Positions 33,137 through 42,809 of a DNA stretch of 64,000 bases are shown piece by piece. The first letter of the stretch is position 1. Every line of letters begins with the position of its first letter. The translations under genes were made by a program, and so were the position numbers. The notes under the pieces were generated by a model. It was given only the letters and a program-made list of their open reading frames with translations. It was not told the origin of the DNA and ran no database searches. This DNA comes from an uncultured Thiomicrospira sp. (GTDB lineage: Bacteria; Pseudomonadota; Gammaproteobacteria; CAKMZV01), in NCBI GenBank assembly GCA_965195345.1, contig OZ239628.1:544001-608000 (forward strand), given 5' to 3'.

Positions 33137-34636
33137 TTAAAATCTGGGGATTTCAGGGTGAGGTATTTGATTGTTTTTTACGTGCATATGCCCAAATTCT
33201 GAACAGCGATGTAATGTCGGAATGGCTTTCTCAGGATTGAAAATAATAAATGGATCAATAGCTTTTTTGACTTTGTGGAATTGCTTTAATTCATGCGCGT
33301 TAAATTGCCCACACATTTGACCAATTTTTTCAATTCCAATGCCGTGTTCTCCTGAAATTGTGCCACCACAGTCAATACATAACTGGAGGATTTTACCCCC
33401 AAGCTCTTCGACCCTTTCAAGTGAACCTTCAATGCCACTATCAAACAATATAAGAGGGTGTAAATTACCATCACCGGCATGAAAGACATTGGCAACTGGT
33501 AGTTCATAATCTTCGGAGAGTTTTTGGATTTTTTCGAGTACCGTTGACAAATGTCTCCTAGGAATAGTTCCATCCATACAATAGTAATCAGGTGCAAGTT
33601 TGCCAATGGCTGGAAAGGCGGATTTTCTTCCTAACCAAAGTTTTTGCCGTTCTTCATCAGAATTTGATTGTTTCAAAAAAGTAGCATTATTTGCTTGTGC
33701 TATTTTTTCCACCTGTATCATTTGCTCTACTACTTCTTCGCGAACCCCATCAACCTCACATAAGAGAATGGCTTTGCAATGTTTGGGATAACCGCAATGA
33801 GCATAGTCTTCAGCCGCTTGCAAGGTAAATTGGTCCATCATTTCCAACCCAGCTGGCAAAATGCCTGCGGAGATAATGTCAGAAACACACATTGCTGCAT
33901 CTGAAACCTTATCAAATCCAGCGAGGAGTACTTTTTCTTCCGTTGGTACAGGAAGTAATTTGACAGTGATTTCAACAGTGATGCCCAAAAGCCCTTCTGA
34001 TCCAATAAATAAGCTTAGAAGGTTAAATCCGTTGTTATCAAGTGACTTCCCACCTATTTCTACTAATTTACCATTCGATAGGATAACTTTTAATCCTAAA
34101 ATATTGTTTACAGTTAATCCGTATTTTAAGCAATGTAGACCTCCTGCATTTTCGGCGACATTGCCACCAATACTGCAAGCGATTTGAGATGATGGATCGG
34201 GCGCAAAATACAATCCGAATGGACGAGTTTGATCGGATACATGCAAGTTTCGCACACCGGGTTGAACGGTTGCACATCGATTTTTTAAGTCAATATCAAG
34301 GATTTTATCCATTTTCCCAAAACTCAAGACAAGCCCATCTGGGTGTGGGACTGCTCCTCCAGATAATCCGGTTCCTGCTCCGCGGGGAACGATAGGAACA
34401 TTCAGTTTTTGGGCAATGCAAACAATGCGTTGTACTTGATCTGTATTTTCAGGGAGCGCTACTGCCAATGGTAACTGAGTATAGGCAGCCAGTCCGTCGC
34501 ATTCATAAGGTTTGAGTTCTGCAATCTCATGAAGAATATTTTTAGCAGGAAGAATTTGTAATAAAGCATCAATCAACAGTGCTTTTCTATCTGCCGTATT
34601 TGCTAAAGAAGAAGTCGGTATGTCATTCAAAGCCAT
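33137..34636 (-). CDS. glcD: glycolate oxidase subunit
   Basis: YECDGL, PRGAGTGLSGG, APDPSSQIACSIGGN, FHAGDGNLHP, SGEHGIG, PTLHRCSEFG. Confidence 0.95.
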   Translation of the reverse strand: MALNDIPTSSLANTADRKALLIDALLQILPAKNILHEIAELKPYECDGLAAYTQLPLAVALPENTDQVQRIVCIAQKLNVPIVPRGAGTGLSGGAVPHPDGLVLSFGKMDKILDIDLKNRCATVQPGVRNLHVSDQTRPFGLYFAPDPSSQIACSIGGNVAENAGGLHCLKYGLTVNNILGLKVILSNGKLVEIGGKSLDNNGFNLLSLFIGSEGLLGITVEITVKLLPVPTEEKVLLAGFDKVSDAAMCVSDIISAGILPAGLEMMDQFTLQAAEDYAHCGYPKHCKAILLCEVDGVREEVVEQMIQVEKIAQANNATFLKQSNSDEERQKLWLGRKSAFPAIGKLAPDYYCMDGTIPRRHLSTVLEKIQKLSEDYELPVANVFHAGDGNLHPLILFDSGIEGSLERVEELGGKILQLCIDCGGTISGEHGIGIEKIGQMCGQFNAHELKQFHKVKKAIDPFIIFNPEKAIPTLHRCSEFGHMHVKNNQIPHPEIPRF

Positions 34637-34656
34637 AGTAGATCAATAATCCGTTT

Positions 34657-35018
34657 TTAAAAACATTTTGAGTCATACGCTCGTGATATCAGAATAACTA
34701 TCCAAAATAGAATCGCAATTATTGAAACCAATACAACGGCGACACCCTGATTTTTGGTATTATTATCTGCTAACTCATGGTGTTTGTGGTTATAAAGGTC
34801 AACCGTCGACTCTATTGATGATTGTTACCGCAGGCACTAACAGATAAACTGCGAACAGTAATTAAGTGTTTTTTACATCGGTAACTAAGAATAATACCAA
34901 AGGAACAATGAGCAAAAATAACCATATCCCTAACAAATGATGCTTCTTTTCTCCAAATACTACGTAATCCTAATAGAGAATATTCTAATGCTTTTTTGAG
35001 TCGTACAATTGGTTGCAA
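34657..35018 (-). pseudogene. dgkA: frameshifted diacylglycerol kinase (DgkA family)
   Basis: 5' frame RLKKALEYSLLGLRSIWRKEASF matches the DgkA N-terminus; a different frame gives SSIESTVDL...HHELA..TKNQGVAVVLVSII..FW, resembling NSAIEAVVD...HELS..AKDMGSAAV. Confidence 0.75.
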
Positions 35019-35045
35019 AAATCACTCATAAAGCAAATTTGCACT

Positions 35046-35711
35046 TTATTGAAATTGACTGAAAAGATAGCTTGACTGGCGTCGGTTATCATCTAATAGG
35101 ACTTTTTCATAATCATCTATCACTGCTTTCTTGCTTTCTGGTAGGTTGATTAATGCTTGTGCCCATGATTTTATTTTTGGCACATGTGCATATAAATTCA
35201 TATGCGCATGTTTTTCAAAAAACTGTTGACGCCAGAAAAAAGTCGTGAATGCTATATCGGGCATCGTTAATTGATCGCCAGCGAAATAAGGACCTTGCAC
35301 ATAAGACTCAATAAAAGCAAGGCGAGCTTTTAAAACTTCCAGGTTTTTAGCATACACATCAGCGTCTGTTGTCATACTAAATTGATAATGAGTACCCAAT
35401 AAATCAGAAGCGAATTCGCACCAGCCCCGTTGATGTGCTTTGACAAGTGAATCTGTGCTATAAAGATTCAATTCACTCTTATCAGCTAGCCAGTCTGCGA
35501 TAACTTGTGATTCAAAGAGGATCGTTTCTTCGTTATTTTGTTCAACAATAAGCAATGGTACTTTGCCCAATGGTGAAATATCCAGAAACCATTGAGGAGG
35601 GCTTGATAAGTCGATAAACTTAATATCATAATCTTTTTTTGCGAGCTCAAGCACCATCGCCGCGCGTTGGACGAAAGGGCATAGATTAAAGCTGACAAGT
35701 GTTAGCTTCAT
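35046..35711 (-). CDS. glutathione S-transferase family protein
   Basis: [24 protein letters not shown]. Confidence 0.92.
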   Translation of the reverse strand: MKLTLVSFNLCPFVQRAAMVLELAKKDYDIKFIDLSSPPQWFLDISPLGKVPLLIVEQNNEETILFESQVIADWLADKSELNLYSTDSLVKAHQRGWCEFASDLLGTHYQFSMTTDADVYAKNLEVLKARLAFIESYVQGPYFAGDQLTMPDIAFTTFFWRQQFFEKHAHMNLYAHVPKIKSWAQALINLPESKKAVIDDYEKVLLDDNRRQSSYLFSQFQ

Positions 35712-36118
35712 TGCCAGTTACCTATATCAGCGTTAACGCCGTCTCCACCAGGTGTGCCATCAGCTCCATAAGAGAGAATGTCATAGGAGCCGTTAGTACC
35801 GGGGCTGAGGTATTGATAATCAGAACCCCAAGGATCTTTGGGGAGACGCTCCAGATACTTTCCTTGGAGAATTTGCAGACCTTGTCCTGTATCTGGATAT
35901 TTAAAATTATCAAGCTTATAAAGACTAATAGCACTGTCAAAAATTCTTATGTCTTGTTTGGCTTTTTCGACTCGAGCTTGATCAGGGCGATCCAGTAATT
36001 TAGGTACGACAATGGTTGCCAAAATCCCAAGAATCACCACTACCACCATTATTTCAATAAGGGTGAATCCCTGTTGTTTTTTTTTGCAATTTCTTTTCGA
36101 AAATGTTTTTTTCATCAT
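35708..36118 (-). CDS. gspG: type II secretion major pseudopilin
   Basis: [19 protein letters not shown] prepilin site, [22 protein letters not shown]. Confidence 0.93.
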   Translation of the reverse strand: MMKKTFSKRNCKKKQQGFTLIEIMVVVVILGILATIVVPKLLDRPDQARVEKAKQDIRIFDSAISLYKLDNFKYPDTGQGLQILQGKYLERLPKDPWGSDYQYLSPGTNGSYDILSYGADGTPGGDGVNADIGNWQ

Positions 36119-37284
36119 GATTTAGATTCCTCATAAATGCGCTTATGGTTACTTATACGTGCAAGGCGAAAATGTCCTGTTGTATAGTAGTCAATATTAC
36201 ATTCGCTACCATCTTCAGGCAATTGATAGTTATAAAATTCAATGTACTGTTTGTAATCCAACTCTTTACGATCTTCAAACATTTTTTTATGTTGTTGTGA
36301 CTTTAAATGATCCTTATACCCTTTAACGAGCGTACCCGAAAAAAACTCTGCACTGAAACCAGAACCATAGCTAAATAAGCCGATCTGCTGTTCGCTTAAA
36401 TCGGCATCATGATTATCAAGCAATGAACACAGTGCAATATAAAGCGAAGCGGTGTATGAATTACCAACTAATCGATTGTACACCAAGCTTGATTTTGCCT
36501 TATTAATACGCTCAGCCAATTCACCCGGTTGATGACGGAACAATAATTTTAGCGCTTTTTCTGCAATGCGCGTAAATGGAAGATGAAAGAGCAAGTGTGA
36601 AATATCTTGTAAGGTGCATGAAAACTTTTGGTGATAACGTTTAGAACACTCTTGTAATGCATTTAAATACACTTTGGTTGAGTATTTGCCATCAACTATG
36701 GCCTCATTACGGTAGTTGGGACGCCAAAAGTCCATAACGTCTCCCGTATAAGTGGCGGACTTTCCACTTAACTCTAATATTCGAGGGTTTGCGCTAATAA
36801 GCATTGCGATTGCACCACACCCCTGTGTCGCCTCGCCTGGAGAATTAGCCTCGTAGCGGGCATTATCCGAGCTAATAATTAATACTTTTTGACTGGGGGT
36901 TTCTTGAGCAATCATGCGTGCCATTTGTACTGCAAAAGTGCTACTATAACAGGCTTGTTTAAGCTCAATAATACGGCAATCATCTTTTAAACCAAGAAGG
37001 CGATGCGCAAAAATACCAGCGGATTTTGATTGATCTACCCCTGTCTCAGTTGCAAACAGAACTGTTTTTATATTATCAATGTTTTCATTTTCTAAAATAA
37101 TTTTAGCCGCGTTTGCTCCAAGAGTAACTACGTCTTCGTCAGGAGGCATGATGCTCATTTTTTCCTGACCAATTCCTTCATAATATTTAGTTCTATCTTG
37201 CCCTTGGGCAACCGCTAATTCAGCTAAATCAAGATAGAATGGTGAAGTGTAGAATGCGAGTGCATCGATACCAACGGAAGTCAT
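36115..37284 (-). CDS. mvaS: hydroxymethylglutaryl-CoA synthase
   Basis: [17 protein letters not shown] (catalytic Cys), [34 protein letters not shown]. Confidence 0.96.
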   Translation of the reverse strand: MTSVGIDALAFYTSPFYLDLAELAVAQGQDRTKYYEGIGQEKMSIMPPDEDVVTLGANAAKIILENENIDNIKTVLFATETGVDQSKSAGIFAHRLLGLKDDCRIIELKQACYSSTFAVQMARMIAQETPSQKVLIISSDNARYEANSPGEATQGCGAIAMLISANPRILELSGKSATYTGDVMDFWRPNYRNEAIVDGKYSTKVYLNALQECSKRYHQKFSCTLQDISHLLFHLPFTRIAEKALKLLFRHQPGELAERINKAKSSLVYNRLVGNSYTASLYIALCSLLDNHDADLSEQQIGLFSYGSGFSAEFFSGTLVKGYKDHLKSQQHKKMFEDRKELDYKQYIEFYNYQLPEDGSECNIDYYTTGHFRLARISNHKRIYEESKS

Positions 37285-37342
37285 ATTTTATTTATTGTTT
37301 TGGGAAGATATTTTCTGCCAATTATACCAACGGCAACACCTA

Positions 37343-38359
37343 TTAAGATAGTAATAAATTCGAATTATTGCGTGCTTGCTCAATTGTTTGTACTGAGCAT
37401 AAAAACATTGCTGTTTTGAGTTGCAATTGAAACTGCTCTAAGGAGTTTATTACAGCATCGCTGCTTTCGGTGGCTGGCTGTAAAAGAGGGGCAGCCGAAG
37501 CACAAAGTCGTGCACCTAAAATGATTGCTTTTAGCATGTCAATTCCATTACGAATTCCACCACTCGCGATCAAATTAAAATTAGGGAAAAGCTCATTAGC
37601 CATACGGAGTACATGGGGTGTTGGGATACCCCAATCCTGAAAAATTAACCCTAGATCATCTTCATGACGGCGATGATTCTCAACACGACTCCAAGATGTG
37701 CCACCTTTTCCTGCCACATCCAACCAACGAACGCCAGCTTGTTGCAAAAGTTGCATGTCTTTTTCGCTAAAACCGCATCCTATTTCTTTAACTAACACAG
37801 GCACATCTAAGTAATCACATACTTCAGCAATGCGATCTGCAAGGTGAAGAAAATTGCGATTTCCTTCAGGTTGTATGCATTCTTGTAAAGGGTTAAGGTG
37901 TAGATATAAAGCGTCGGCATCAATTGAAGATATTATGGATTTCAAAGTATTCTTATCTACGCCATTATTGAGTTGGATTGCACCTATATTAGCAATAATA
38001 GGCACATTTGGTGCGTACTTTCTTAGCTGAAAACTTTGTACTGCATCTTCATTTTTTAGCATGACACGTTGCGATCCAACGGCCATGGCAACTCCTACAT
38101 GCTCTGCTGCCATCGCTAAGTTTTGATTTATTTTGGATAATTCTGCACTACTGCCACCAGTCATTGAAGAAATAATAAAAGGAAAACTGATGGATTTTCT
38201 TAAAAAGAGTACATTAGTATCGACGCTGTCGAAGTCTATTTCTGGCAGCGCATGATGCTTTAGATGCATTTGGGTAAAATAATTACCATTCCTATCGATG
38301 TCATGATCAAAGGAAAAGGCTTTTATATGGTCTTTTTTTCGCTCGTTAACTTTACTCAT
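37343..38359 (-). CDS. fni: type 2 isopentenyl-diphosphate delta-isomerase (FMN-dependent)
   Basis: RKKDHI, SSMTGG, VGSQR, HLNPLQE.IQPEG, KEIGCG, GGTSWSRVE, DWGIPT, ASGGIR. Confidence 0.96.
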   Translation of the reverse strand: MSKVNERKKDHIKAFSFDHDIDRNGNYFTQMHLKHHALPEIDFDSVDTNVLFLRKSISFPFIISSMTGGSSAELSKINQNLAMAAEHVGVAMAVGSQRVMLKNEDAVQSFQLRKYAPNVPIIANIGAIQLNNGVDKNTLKSIISSIDADALYLHLNPLQECIQPEGNRNFLHLADRIAEVCDYLDVPVLVKEIGCGFSEKDMQLLQQAGVRWLDVAGKGGTSWSRVENHRRHEDDLGLIFQDWGIPTPHVLRMANELFPNFNLIASGGIRNGIDMLKAIILGARLCASAAPLLQPATESSDAVINSLEQFQLQLKTAMFLCSVQTIEQARNNSNLLLS

Positions 38360-38366
38360 TTGTACT

Positions 38367-39407
38367 TTAGCGCTCTAACCGTAAATGTGATTCAACAAGC
38401 TCTCCTTCATTTGTTTGCGCCGCCAGCAATGAGAGTTCCCCACATGCGACTGCAGCGGCAGCAATAACCGCCAATCTTCTAGCGTTATCACCTGCATTTC
38501 TTTGTGCTCTACAACCTAAAATTTCAAGGTGTTCGATAATGGCAGTGTTATTTTTTCCATTACCTACTGAACCAACAATAAGATTAGGGATGGTGACAGA
38601 AAAATACAAATCTTCATCGCGTGCCTCAAGGTGAGTCATACCTTGCGACCCTTCAACTATATTGGCTGCGTCTTGACCAGTAGCAAGGTAGAAAGCCAGC
38701 AACATATTGGCAAAGTGGGCATTAGCAGACCGTAGAGAACCAGCAAGAATTGAGCCATTGAGATTTTTACATATATGCAGCTTAACCATGCGATCAGCCG
38801 TTGTTCGTAAGTAGCGAGTCAGAATCCTTTTGGGAATGACACACTCGGCAATCATCTCACGACCGCGCCCAAGTAAACCATTGATAGCGGATGCTTTTTT
38901 ATCGGTGCACATGTTAGCAGAAATTGATCCGTATCGTAATTGAGGATGCTTTTTCAATAACCATTTTTGAATGATTTCACTTGCTTGCGTGGACATATTA
39001 TGGCCACTGGCATCTCCTGTGGTGAAACTCAATCTCAAATATAAATTATTGCCTAAAAAATGAGGCGTTATTTTTTTCAGTCGCGTGAAACGACTTTTTT
39101 TCCGTATTTCAGCATCAAGTTCTTCAAATTGTGAGCTAAGAGAAGTTGCTACTTTATGCGCTTCAACAGCACTGTTTAAATTAAATGCAATGGATCGGGT
39201 CATTTGCTCCGACGTCATGGTAACATTTAATCCACCGCTTTGAGTAAGCACTCGTGCTCCTCTATTGACTGAGGGCCACAGAGGGATTTCAAAAGTTGCT
39301 AGAGGAATTTGAATCTGTTCTTTATCAGTCCATTCGCTATTAATAAGAACGGGTCCAACCCACTTGGTCGGTATAGGTGTAAAACTGATTTTTTGCTTGT
39401 CTTGCAT
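38367..39407 (-). CDS. hmgR: HMG-CoA reductase, class I (Streptomyces/Paracoccus type)
   Basis: PLATFEIPLWPSVNRGA, TGDASGHNM, SANMCTDKK, NAHFANML, TGQDAANIVEGS, GELSLL; start ATG 39407 or GTG 39428. Confidence 0.93.
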   Translation of the reverse strand: MQDKQKISFTPIPTKWVGPVLINSEWTDKEQIQIPLATFEIPLWPSVNRGARVLTQSGGLNVTMTSEQMTRSIAFNLNSAVEAHKVATSLSSQFEELDAEIRKKSRFTRLKKITPHFLGNNLYLRLSFTTGDASGHNMSTQASEIIQKWLLKKHPQLRYGSISANMCTDKKASAINGLLGRGREMIAECVIPKRILTRYLRTTADRMVKLHICKNLNGSILAGSLRSANAHFANMLLAFYLATGQDAANIVEGSQGMTHLEARDEDLYFSVTIPNLIVGSVGNGKNNTAIIEHLEILGCRAQRNAGDNARRLAVIAAAAVACGELSLLAAQTNEGELVESHLRLER

Positions 39408-39522
39408 AGAGAGGGCGGATTCTACCACTGAGTAAGGTTGTCTGCTAAGGTGAAAATAAACTGTTGATACAGAGATTTCTTCCCAATGCTAAGGTAGGGT
39501 ATTATCATCTGCATTTAACAGA

Positions 39523-40923
39523 TTAATTTAACAAATCAAGTTTCCCAGGCAACCAAAGCACAATTGTTGGTGCTGCTATAAGTGTTGCAATAGTTATCAA
39601 ATCTGCAAAGAAGAAAGGCATACAACCTTTAAATACATCGTCAACAGTGCATTCAGGTCGTATGCTTGCTACCACAAAGCAATTTAACCCAATTGGCGGG
39701 GTGATTAGACATAATTCAACCATCTTTACTACGATTATGCCAAACCAAATAGCACAACCAGTAGCGTCTACACCAAATGCCGAATCTGCAGCACTGACTG
39801 TTTCTCCCCCGTTAAGAGCAATAATAGCAGGGAATATCACGGGTAAAGTCAAGATAAGCATGCCGATGGCATCCATAAACATACCCAGTATGGCATAGGC
39901 GCATAGGATCAAAATCAATGTAATGTAGGGGCTGTGTTCAAGTGACTGAATCCAGATTGAAAAAGCTTCTGGAAGGTTAGCGAATCCTAAAAAACGGACG
40001 TAAATCAACACACCCCAGATGATAGCGAATATCATGGCTGTGAGTTTTGCTGTTTCAAGCAGGGTGTTGAGGATGGTTTGATAACGCATGCCCCTATAAA
40101 TGGCGTAACAAAAGATGACAAAAGCACCCAATGCACCCGCTTCGGTTGGAGTTCCTATGCCCGTATATATGCATACAAATATCGTGCCAATAACGAAAAA
40201 TATCGGCATAGTTGCAGGAAGAGCACTGAAGCGCTCAGTCCAAGAATAGCCTCGTACGGGAGGTCCAAAATCTTTGATAAACCAAGCAAGAAGTACTACG
40301 ATGGCAGCGTAAATAATTGCCGATACCGACCCGGGAAGAAATCCTGCAACGAGCAATGCACCAACATCTTGTTCAACGATGATGGCATAGATCACCAATA
40401 TGGCTGATGGAGGGATTAAAGTCGCCAGCGTTCCTCCAGCGGCAACAACACCTGCTGCAAAGCGTTTGTTATAACCTAATGCCAACATCTCTGGGATGGC
40501 TACACGTGCAAAAACAGCGGAAGTTGCAATTGATGCACCAGAAACGGCAGCAAATCCAGCGGTAGAAAATACTGTTGCAACGCCTATTCCACCTGGAAGC
40601 CAACCAACCCAACGTTTGGCTGCCGTAAAAATTGCTTTAGTTAGCCCCGCGTGGAAAGCAAGAAAGCCCACTAAAATGAAAGTTGGAATGAGCGACAATG
40701 CAAGCGTAGAAACCTTTGAATGCGGAATAATTCCTACTGTTTTTATAGCAACTAAAAATCCTTTTTCAAAACCAAATCGCAAAGAAAATATCCATAATAA
40801 TCCGATAAATCCTGCCAATGCTGCAGCGAAAGCAACACGCATACCGAAGACAATGAGCAAAAGCATAAAGCCACTAACCCATAGGCTGATATGCAATGTA
40901 TCGATGTTGAAAAAATCAAACAA
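39523..40923 (-). CDS. dctM: TRAP transporter large permease
   Basis: IPTFIL, AAVSGASIAT, GGTLATLIPPSAIL, GTPTEAGA, LITPPIGLN. Confidence 0.94.
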   Translation of the reverse strand: MFDFFNIDTLHISLWVSGFMLLLIVFGMRVAFAAALAGFIGLLWIFSLRFGFEKGFLVAIKTVGIIPHSKVSTLALSLIPTFILVGFLAFHAGLTKAIFTAAKRWVGWLPGGIGVATVFSTAGFAAVSGASIATSAVFARVAIPEMLALGYNKRFAAGVVAAGGTLATLIPPSAILVIYAIIVEQDVGALLVAGFLPGSVSAIIYAAIVVLLAWFIKDFGPPVRGYSWTERFSALPATMPIFFVIGTIFVCIYTGIGTPTEAGALGAFVIFCYAIYRGMRYQTILNTLLETAKLTAMIFAIIWGVLIYVRFLGFANLPEAFSIWIQSLEHSPYITLILILCAYAILGMFMDAIGMLILTLPVIFPAIIALNGGETVSAADSAFGVDATGCAIWFGIIVVKMVELCLITPPIGLNCFVVASIRPECTVDDVFKGCMPFFFADLITIATLIAAPTIVLWLPGKLDLLN

Positions 40924-40925
40924 AA

Positions 40926-41525
40926 CTATTTGTCCATACTATCTTGAGGAACGATATCTTCAATCAACGGTACAGCAACAGGGTAATCTTGACGATTAAT
41001 AAATGCACGAGAGTATCCCCATATTTGTAAAAAAAGGCGCACAGCTACTGCGCTTAACATGATGGGCACAATCAATTTTGCTGGCCATATTGGCAGATCA
41101 ATATCAAGCGACGAGTCCCCAAGTTGCCAAGCACGTAGAAAGTGTAACCACGTGCCGTAAATAAGGATACAGGTTAATAAGAACATAACCGATGTGGTAA
41201 TAGCCTCAATCAACCAAAGCATTCGTTTATTGATTTTCCTTAGAATGATATCCATGCGGATATGCCCTCCAAGACGCTGTGTGTAAGCAATTGCCAGAAA
41301 AGCTAAAAAAGCCATGGCTTGTTCCGTCCAGTCTATATACCCACTTATAGGCAGATTAAATATCCAACGACCAAGAACGTTTATAGTAGTCAAAAGAATC
41401 ACTAAAAATATAACGATTCCGCCAGCAATCGCACTAAGCTTTTCAAGCTTGTGAAGTTTTTGGTCAATACGACTAAGTAAAGAGTCGTCTTGACCTATTG
41501 AAGAGGGTGAAGGCACAATAAGCAA
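40926..41525 (-). CDS. dctQ: TRAP transporter small permease
   Basis: NVLGRWIFN.PI, YTQRLGGHIRMD, LPIWPAK; about 4 TM helices; start uncertain. Confidence 0.9.
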   Translation of the reverse strand: MLIVPSPSSIGQDDSLLSRIDQKLHKLEKLSAIAGGIVIFLVILLTTINVLGRWIFNLPISGYIDWTEQAMAFLAFLAIAYTQRLGGHIRMDIILRKINKRMLWLIEAITTSVMFLLTCILIYGTWLHFLRAWQLGDSSLDIDLPIWPAKLIVPIMLSAVAVRLFLQIWGYSRAFINRQDYPVAVPLIEDIVPQDSMDK

Positions 41526-41554
41526 ACTATCTGGTTTATAAAAACCAGATAGTT
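41525..41554 (-). terminator. stem-loop between dctP and dctQ (mRNA stabiliser or attenuator)
   Basis: perfect 13-bp inverted repeat AACTATCTGGTTT-ATAA-AAACCAGATAGTT just after the dctP stop. Confidence 0.65.
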
Positions 41555-41559
41555 AAGAA

Positions 41560-42555
41560 CTATTCTTTGAACAGTTTTTCTGTGTAATCAAAGAGTGCTT
41601 GTGCGTCAAAGTTCTTTTTGTTATTCTTTACCCACTCTTGACGAACGTCTTCAGCCAAAGCATTCAATTTTTTTGTCTGTTCAGGTGTAAAAGTAACTAA
41701 CTCAAGACCTTGCTTTTTAATGGTTTCTTCGTATTGCTTGGTCGCATTGTTTTCGTAATTTTCCACATAGAATTGAGTGGCATCATCAGCCGAACTCAAT
41801 AAAATGTCGCGATTCTTTTTGCTTAAATCGTTTAGAGCTTCGGTATTGACGACGACTGGACAATTGGCTGTTCCAAGATTAAGGTTTGTGGTTGCCCATT
41901 TACCTACCCTATATGATTTGGTTGCTAGATGAGCATGTGGCGCAAAAGAGGCGGCATCAATGACACCCGAATCCATTGCTTGGCGTACTTCAGGAAAAGG
42001 AACGCTTGTTTTAGTTGCTCCAACTTTGCTAAGCACACCGAGTATTCCACCTGGTCCTCTAATTCTTAGCCCATCGAAATCGTTCAGTGATTTCAATGGA
42101 TCGCTTTTTGAAATGATGCTGTATTGAGGCATTGGAGTAGGCATTAACAATTGGGCATTCCAGCGAGCCAAGTCTTTGACAACTATAGGGTGTTTATAAA
42201 CAGTGACATAAATAGAAGCTAATTCGCTTAAAGAAACATCCTGTGAAAAAGGCAGTTCAGTTACAGTAATTGAAGGATTTTTATCTTTATGATAAAAAGA
42301 ACAAAACTGAGCCATTTGAAAGGCACCTATATAAATGCCATCTAAATTTTCTTTGGGTTTTGATAATCCACCGTAAGATATGCGTAACTTAAATTCGCCA
42401 TTACTACGTTTGTCTACTAATTCAGCCAGTTTTTCAACGTTTTCAGTAAAAGCACGACGTTTTCCCCATAGGGATACATCCCAAACGGTTGCGGCAATTG
42501 CGTTTCCTGCCAAAGATAAGAGCACACTGGTTATTAAAAATCGAAGTATTAACAC
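41560..42555 (-). CDS. dctP: TRAP transporter periplasmic binding protein
   Basis: signal peptide; WDVSLWGKRRAFTE, ELPF, GLRIR; AGAGGAG RBS with GTG start. Confidence 0.92.
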   Translation of the reverse strand: MLILRFLITSVLLSLAGNAIAATVWDVSLWGKRRAFTENVEKLAELVDKRSNGEFKLRISYGGLSKPKENLDGIYIGAFQMAQFCSFYHKDKNPSITVTELPFSQDVSLSELASIYVTVYKHPIVVKDLARWNAQLLMPTPMPQYSIISKSDPLKSLNDFDGLRIRGPGGILGVLSKVGATKTSVPFPEVRQAMDSGVIDAASFAPHAHLATKSYRVGKWATTNLNLGTANCPVVVNTEALNDLSKKNRDILLSSADDATQFYVENYENNATKQYEETIKKQGLELVTFTPEQTKKLNALAEDVRQEWVKNNKKNFDAQALFDYTEKLFKE

Positions 42556-42809
42556 AATTTTCTCCTCTGATATATGTGATTAAAGTGAATAATAAATTTA
42601 GCTTTTTTTGCATTCATTTCGTAGAGTGTAAACATTAAAATGACACTTGTTAGAAGCTGCCCAACGCTAAAACCCAACAATGATAACATAATTTAAACCT
42701 GAATATTTCAAGTTATCAATAATGCAAGTGGATGCTGTCAGGTGAGAAATCAAGGTACAATAAATACGATCTAATTTTTAAAAATAAGCAGACTATTTAG
42801 GGTAAATTA

